Positions 60,150 through 64,000 of a stretch of DNA of 64,000 bases are shown one piece after another. Source of the DNA: Octopus vulgaris (taxonomy: Eukaryota); contig OX597824.1 in NCBI GenBank assembly GCA_951406725.2, positions 69,440,001 through 69,504,000 on the forward strand, in the 5' to 3' direction. The position numbers were made by a program, and so were the translations under genes. Each line of letters opens with the position of its first letter. The stretch's first letter is position 1. The notes under the pieces were generated by a model. The model was given only the letters and a program-made list of their open reading frames with translations, had not been told where the DNA came from and did not search any database.

Positions 60150-60645
60150 GCTTTACTTGTTTCAGTCATTAGACTGCGACCATGCTGGGGCACCGCCTTC
60201 AAGAAGTTTTTTTTTATTTTGATGAATCGACCCCAGTACTTATTCTTTGTAAAAGCCTGGTACTTAATTCTATCGGTCTGTTTTGCCGAACAACCAAGTT
60301 ACGTGTATGTAAACACACCAGCGACGGTGGTGGTACAAACACACAAAATCATTCGCACGCACACAGTCACACACACAAACACATTCGCAAACTCACACAC
60401 ACACTCAAACACATTCGCACACATACACACAAACACACACACGCACACACATAAACACACCCAGAGTCATATACATACATATATACATACGACGGGCTTC
60501 TTTCAATATCCGTCTACAAAATCCACCCGCCAGCGTTTGATCCGACCGAGGTTATAGTAGAAGACACTTGGCCAAGGCGCCACGCAGTGGAGCTGAACCC
60601 GAAACCATGTCAGTGGAAAGCAAGCTCTTTACCACATAGCCACGC
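60150..60645 (-). mobile_element. SINE family A, full-length, tail-to-tail with the CR1-like LINE
   Basis: Reverse complement of family A from tail to head. Confidence 0.88.
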
Positions 60646-60941
60646 TTCATACAACCTTACATACACTTAAATACCCCACTCCCCCCCCACACACACACAC
60701 ACATATACAGACATATATAAGGGTAGATAAGCGTATCGACTACACCTTTAACACGTTGACTCCACATCCGTTTCTCAATGTAACCATGCAGCAAGACCAG
60801 TACATACATACATACATACATACATACATACATACATACATACATACATACATACATACATACATACATACATACATACATACATACATACATACATACA
60901 TACATACATACAAACACAAAACGCCAATGCGAATATATACA

Positions 60942-60981
<40 letters not shown>

Positions 60982-61444
60982 ATCCATCCACTTATGTGTA
61001 CATGCACGCACACATCATGAAATGGAAAAAAAAAAAACAAGAGTTAAGTTACCTGTGTATTGTTACGGAAGACTGCATATATTTTTTTTCCCCTTCTATT
61101 TCCTTTCTTACCTGTGGAGACACGCTCCACTTCAAGAATTCTGAATCAATAAATACTAAGAAAATGTCCGTCGTGCCTTTCTGACCCGCTGTCCACTCTT
61201 TCATTAGTTCGTTCCAATATTTCATCTGTCATCAAGTATTTAAATATTGTATGACGAATATATAAGTGTGCATGCGTGGATATATATGTGTGTGTGTAGA
61301 GAGAGAGAGTAAGAGAGAGAGAGAGAAGGAGAGACAGAGAGACAGACAGACAGACAGACAGAGAGAGATAAATGCATACATATACATATTCATATATATA
61401 TATAGGCGTGTATATACCTCTGTGTGAGTGTGCGCGTGTGTGTA

Positions 61445-61478
<34 letters not shown>

Positions 61479-61552
61479 CAAACATTATACTCACGCACAC
61501 ACACACGCATGTAGGGCGCACGCGTATGTATGTGTGTGTGTGGGAGGGGAGT

Positions 61553-61588
<36 letters not shown>

Positions 61589-61700
61589 CGAGAGCGCGAT
61601 TTCACGTTTATGTATATACGACTTGCACTCGTTTTGCAAGTGATTTGAGCAAACCGTGCGTTTAAACTGAAACAATTACATCGACAAAGATATATTAATG

Positions 61701-61771
<71 letters not shown>

Positions 61772-61772
61772 G

Positions 61773-61803
<31 letters not shown>

Positions 61804-61872
61804 GTTTGTCTATCTATCCATCTCTCTCTCCCTCTTTCTCTCCGTCTCTCTCGCTCTCTCTGTACATATATT

Positions 61873-61949
61873 GCGGTACATATTCAAAATCTGGAACGGA
61901 ACAGAGAAGATTAGCATGGCCCCTGCGCAAGGATGACATGGATATCCGT
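61873..61949 (+). pseudogene. U6: U6 snRNA retrocopy, truncated at both ends
   Basis: ACAGAGAAGATTAGCATGGCCCCTGCGCAAGGATGACA (61901-61938) is identical to the conserved U6 core (ACAGAGA box, AGC triad, ISL). Flanks align with substitutions. Lacks the 5' stem-loop and the 3' U-tract. Confidence 0.92.
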
Positions 61950-61953
61950 TTTG

Positions 61954-62130
61954 GGCGCAGGAGTGGCTGTGTGGTAAGTAGTTTGCTTACGAACTACATG
62001 GTTCCGGGTTCAGTCCCACTGCGTGACACCTTGGGCAACTGTCTTCTACTATAGTATCGGGCCAACCAAAGCCTTGTGAGTGGATTTGGTTAGCGGAAAC
62101 TGAAAGAAACCCGTCGTATATATGTATATG

Positions 62131-62205
<75 letters not shown>

Positions 62206-62412
62206 ATATACATTTATATATATTCATATGTATCTGCGCTAGCTTCATCTATATTTATCTCTCTATATATATTTGTATGTATATCTATATTTCCAGCTAC
62301 TTATCTGTTTCCATATATCTATTTATTAATCTATCCATCCACTTATCTATCAATCCATCTCTCACTCCTTCTCTCTCTCTCTCTCCCTCTCTCTCTCTCT
62401 CTATCTTTCTGT

Positions 62413-62457
<45 letters not shown>

Positions 62458-62956
62458 TATATATATTCATATCTATCTGCCCTAGCTACATCTATATATA
62501 TTTCTCTATTTATCTGTCTATCTATTTGTCTGGCTCTCAGTCTGTTTACATACATACATACAAATATATATATATATATGTCTTCTACTAAAGCCTCGGG
62601 CCAACCAAAGCCTTGTGAGTAGATTTGGTAGACGGAAACTGTAAGAAGCGCGTCCTATGTATGTATTTATGTATTTATGTACGTATGTATGTATGTATGT
62701 ATGTATGTATATATATATATATATATATAATGGTTTTTCCGTTTTCGTTTCTCGTTGAGTTCTACGTCTAGTTGTGGTGTCCTGTACTCACGTATATATA
62801 TTTATATATGCATGTATATATACATGTAGATGTAGGTACGTACATATATGTTTGTATGTATGCATATATTTTATTTATTACACTATTGTTTGACAGCGCC
62901 CTCGCGTCGGTTCGATTCGATTCGTTCGCTTCGTTCCGTTCTTATTCTCCCAGTAC

Positions 62957-63020
<64 letters not shown>

Positions 63021-63225
63021 TTGTGTGTGTGTGTGTTTTCCCCCCCCAGCCCATCATCGCTTGACAATCGATGTTACTGTGTTTACGTCTCTGTAACTTA
63101 GTTCGGCAAAAGACATCGATAGAATAAGTACTAGGCTTACTGAATAAGTCCTGGGGTCGATTTGTCCTACTAAGGGCGGTGCTCCAGCATGGCCGCAGTC
63201 ATATGACTAAAAGAAATAAAAGAAA
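61954..63225 (+). mobile_element. SINE family A expanded by internal microsatellite growth and partial duplication
   Basis: Head at 61954-62118, duplicated internal piece at 62578-62655, 3' half at ~63030-63225. Confidence 0.75.
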
Positions 63226-63449
63226 GAATATGTGTGCTTGTGCGTGTGTGTGTGCTTGTGTGTGTGTATGTATGTATGTATGTATGTATGTATGTATGTA
63301 TGTATGTATGTATGTATGTATGTATGTATGTATGTATGTATGTATGTATGTATGTATGTATGTATGCATGCATGTATGTATGTATGTATGTATTATGCAT
63401 GTATGTATGTATGTATGTATGTATGTATGTATGTATGTATGTATGTATG

Positions 63450-63665
63450 AAGCGCAGGTGTAGTTGTGCTTTAAGAAATTAGTTTCCCAACCGCATGGTA
63501 CTTGGACAAATGTCTTCCAAATTTGTCTGGGACCGACAAGAGCCTTGTTAGTGGATTTGGTAGGCGACACGGAAAGAACGTAGGCGTATATGTATGTGCA
63601 CGCGCGTGTGCGTGTTTGTCTGTGATCTCCCCACCACCACCGCTTGGCAACCGACGTTTGTACGT
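63450..63665 (+). mobile_element. Degenerate SINE family A 5' part
   Basis: TTGGACAAATGTCTTC..GACCGACAAGAGCCTTGTTAGTGGATTTGGTAG. Confidence 0.65.
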
Positions 63666-64000
63666 TTATGTAAGACGTGAGGGTTCTGTCATTTTTATCT
63701 TATTTTATTTTCATTTGATTTCTTTTTATGTGCGAAATCAATAAATCTTATTTTCCGATTTTTACCAATGACGCTTACAGTGAATAAATTCACCACAAAA
63801 TATTTGTTCAAGAAGCCTGGAATCGCAAAAATCGATGATATGTCCAACCCAACGAATACGAAACAGGGTAAGATAAAGTTCTTATATCCAAACCTTCTCA
63901 GCACTTCTGTGTCAATTCAAATGATTTAAGTGATTTCTGGTGGAATCTTTCGATAATTTTTGTTTCTCATATGGCGTCCATGTATCAGGCAAGTAAGTAG

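Noticed and set aside
61105-61165. Minus-strand micro-exon (TTCAG..29 nt..CAG|GTAAG)
   Set aside because: Splice-like motifs only; too short to support without transcript data.
61873-61949. Functional U6 gene
   Set aside because: Lacks the 5' stem-loop, the 3' oligo-T and any upstream PSE/TATA (upstream is microsatellite).

Overview
Eukaryotic, AT-rich, microsatellite-saturated, apparently non-genic DNA (intergenic or deep intronic). The SINE families and repeat style suggest an octopus/cephalopod genome, which is an inference from recall. I recognise no host protein-coding gene, and almost all ORFs in the track are translated simple repeats. The main feature is a nearly full-length R4/Dong-clade non-LTR retrotransposon (22567-26558; RT, CCHC finger and restriction-like endonuclease) inserted in a (TAA)n array, carrying one nonsense codon and two compensating homopolymer frameshifts. 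Further 5'-truncated relatives also sit at (TAA)n/(CAA)n arrays. The window also holds Tx1-like, CR1-like and RTE LINE relics, three tRNA-derived SINE families (about 30 copies), a 500-bp non-autonomous Helitron, a hAT MITE, Tc1/mariner relics, a U6 snRNA retrocopy abutting a SINE head, a 16-bp minisatellite, and several minimal hammerhead-ribozyme-like motifs of the Penelope/retrozyme type. The most notable observation is that two SINE families sharing a central domain carry different 3' tails matching the 3' ends of two different LINE clades (CR1-like and Tx1-like), both present in this window. Coordinates were read by eye and may be off by a few bases at degenerate ends.
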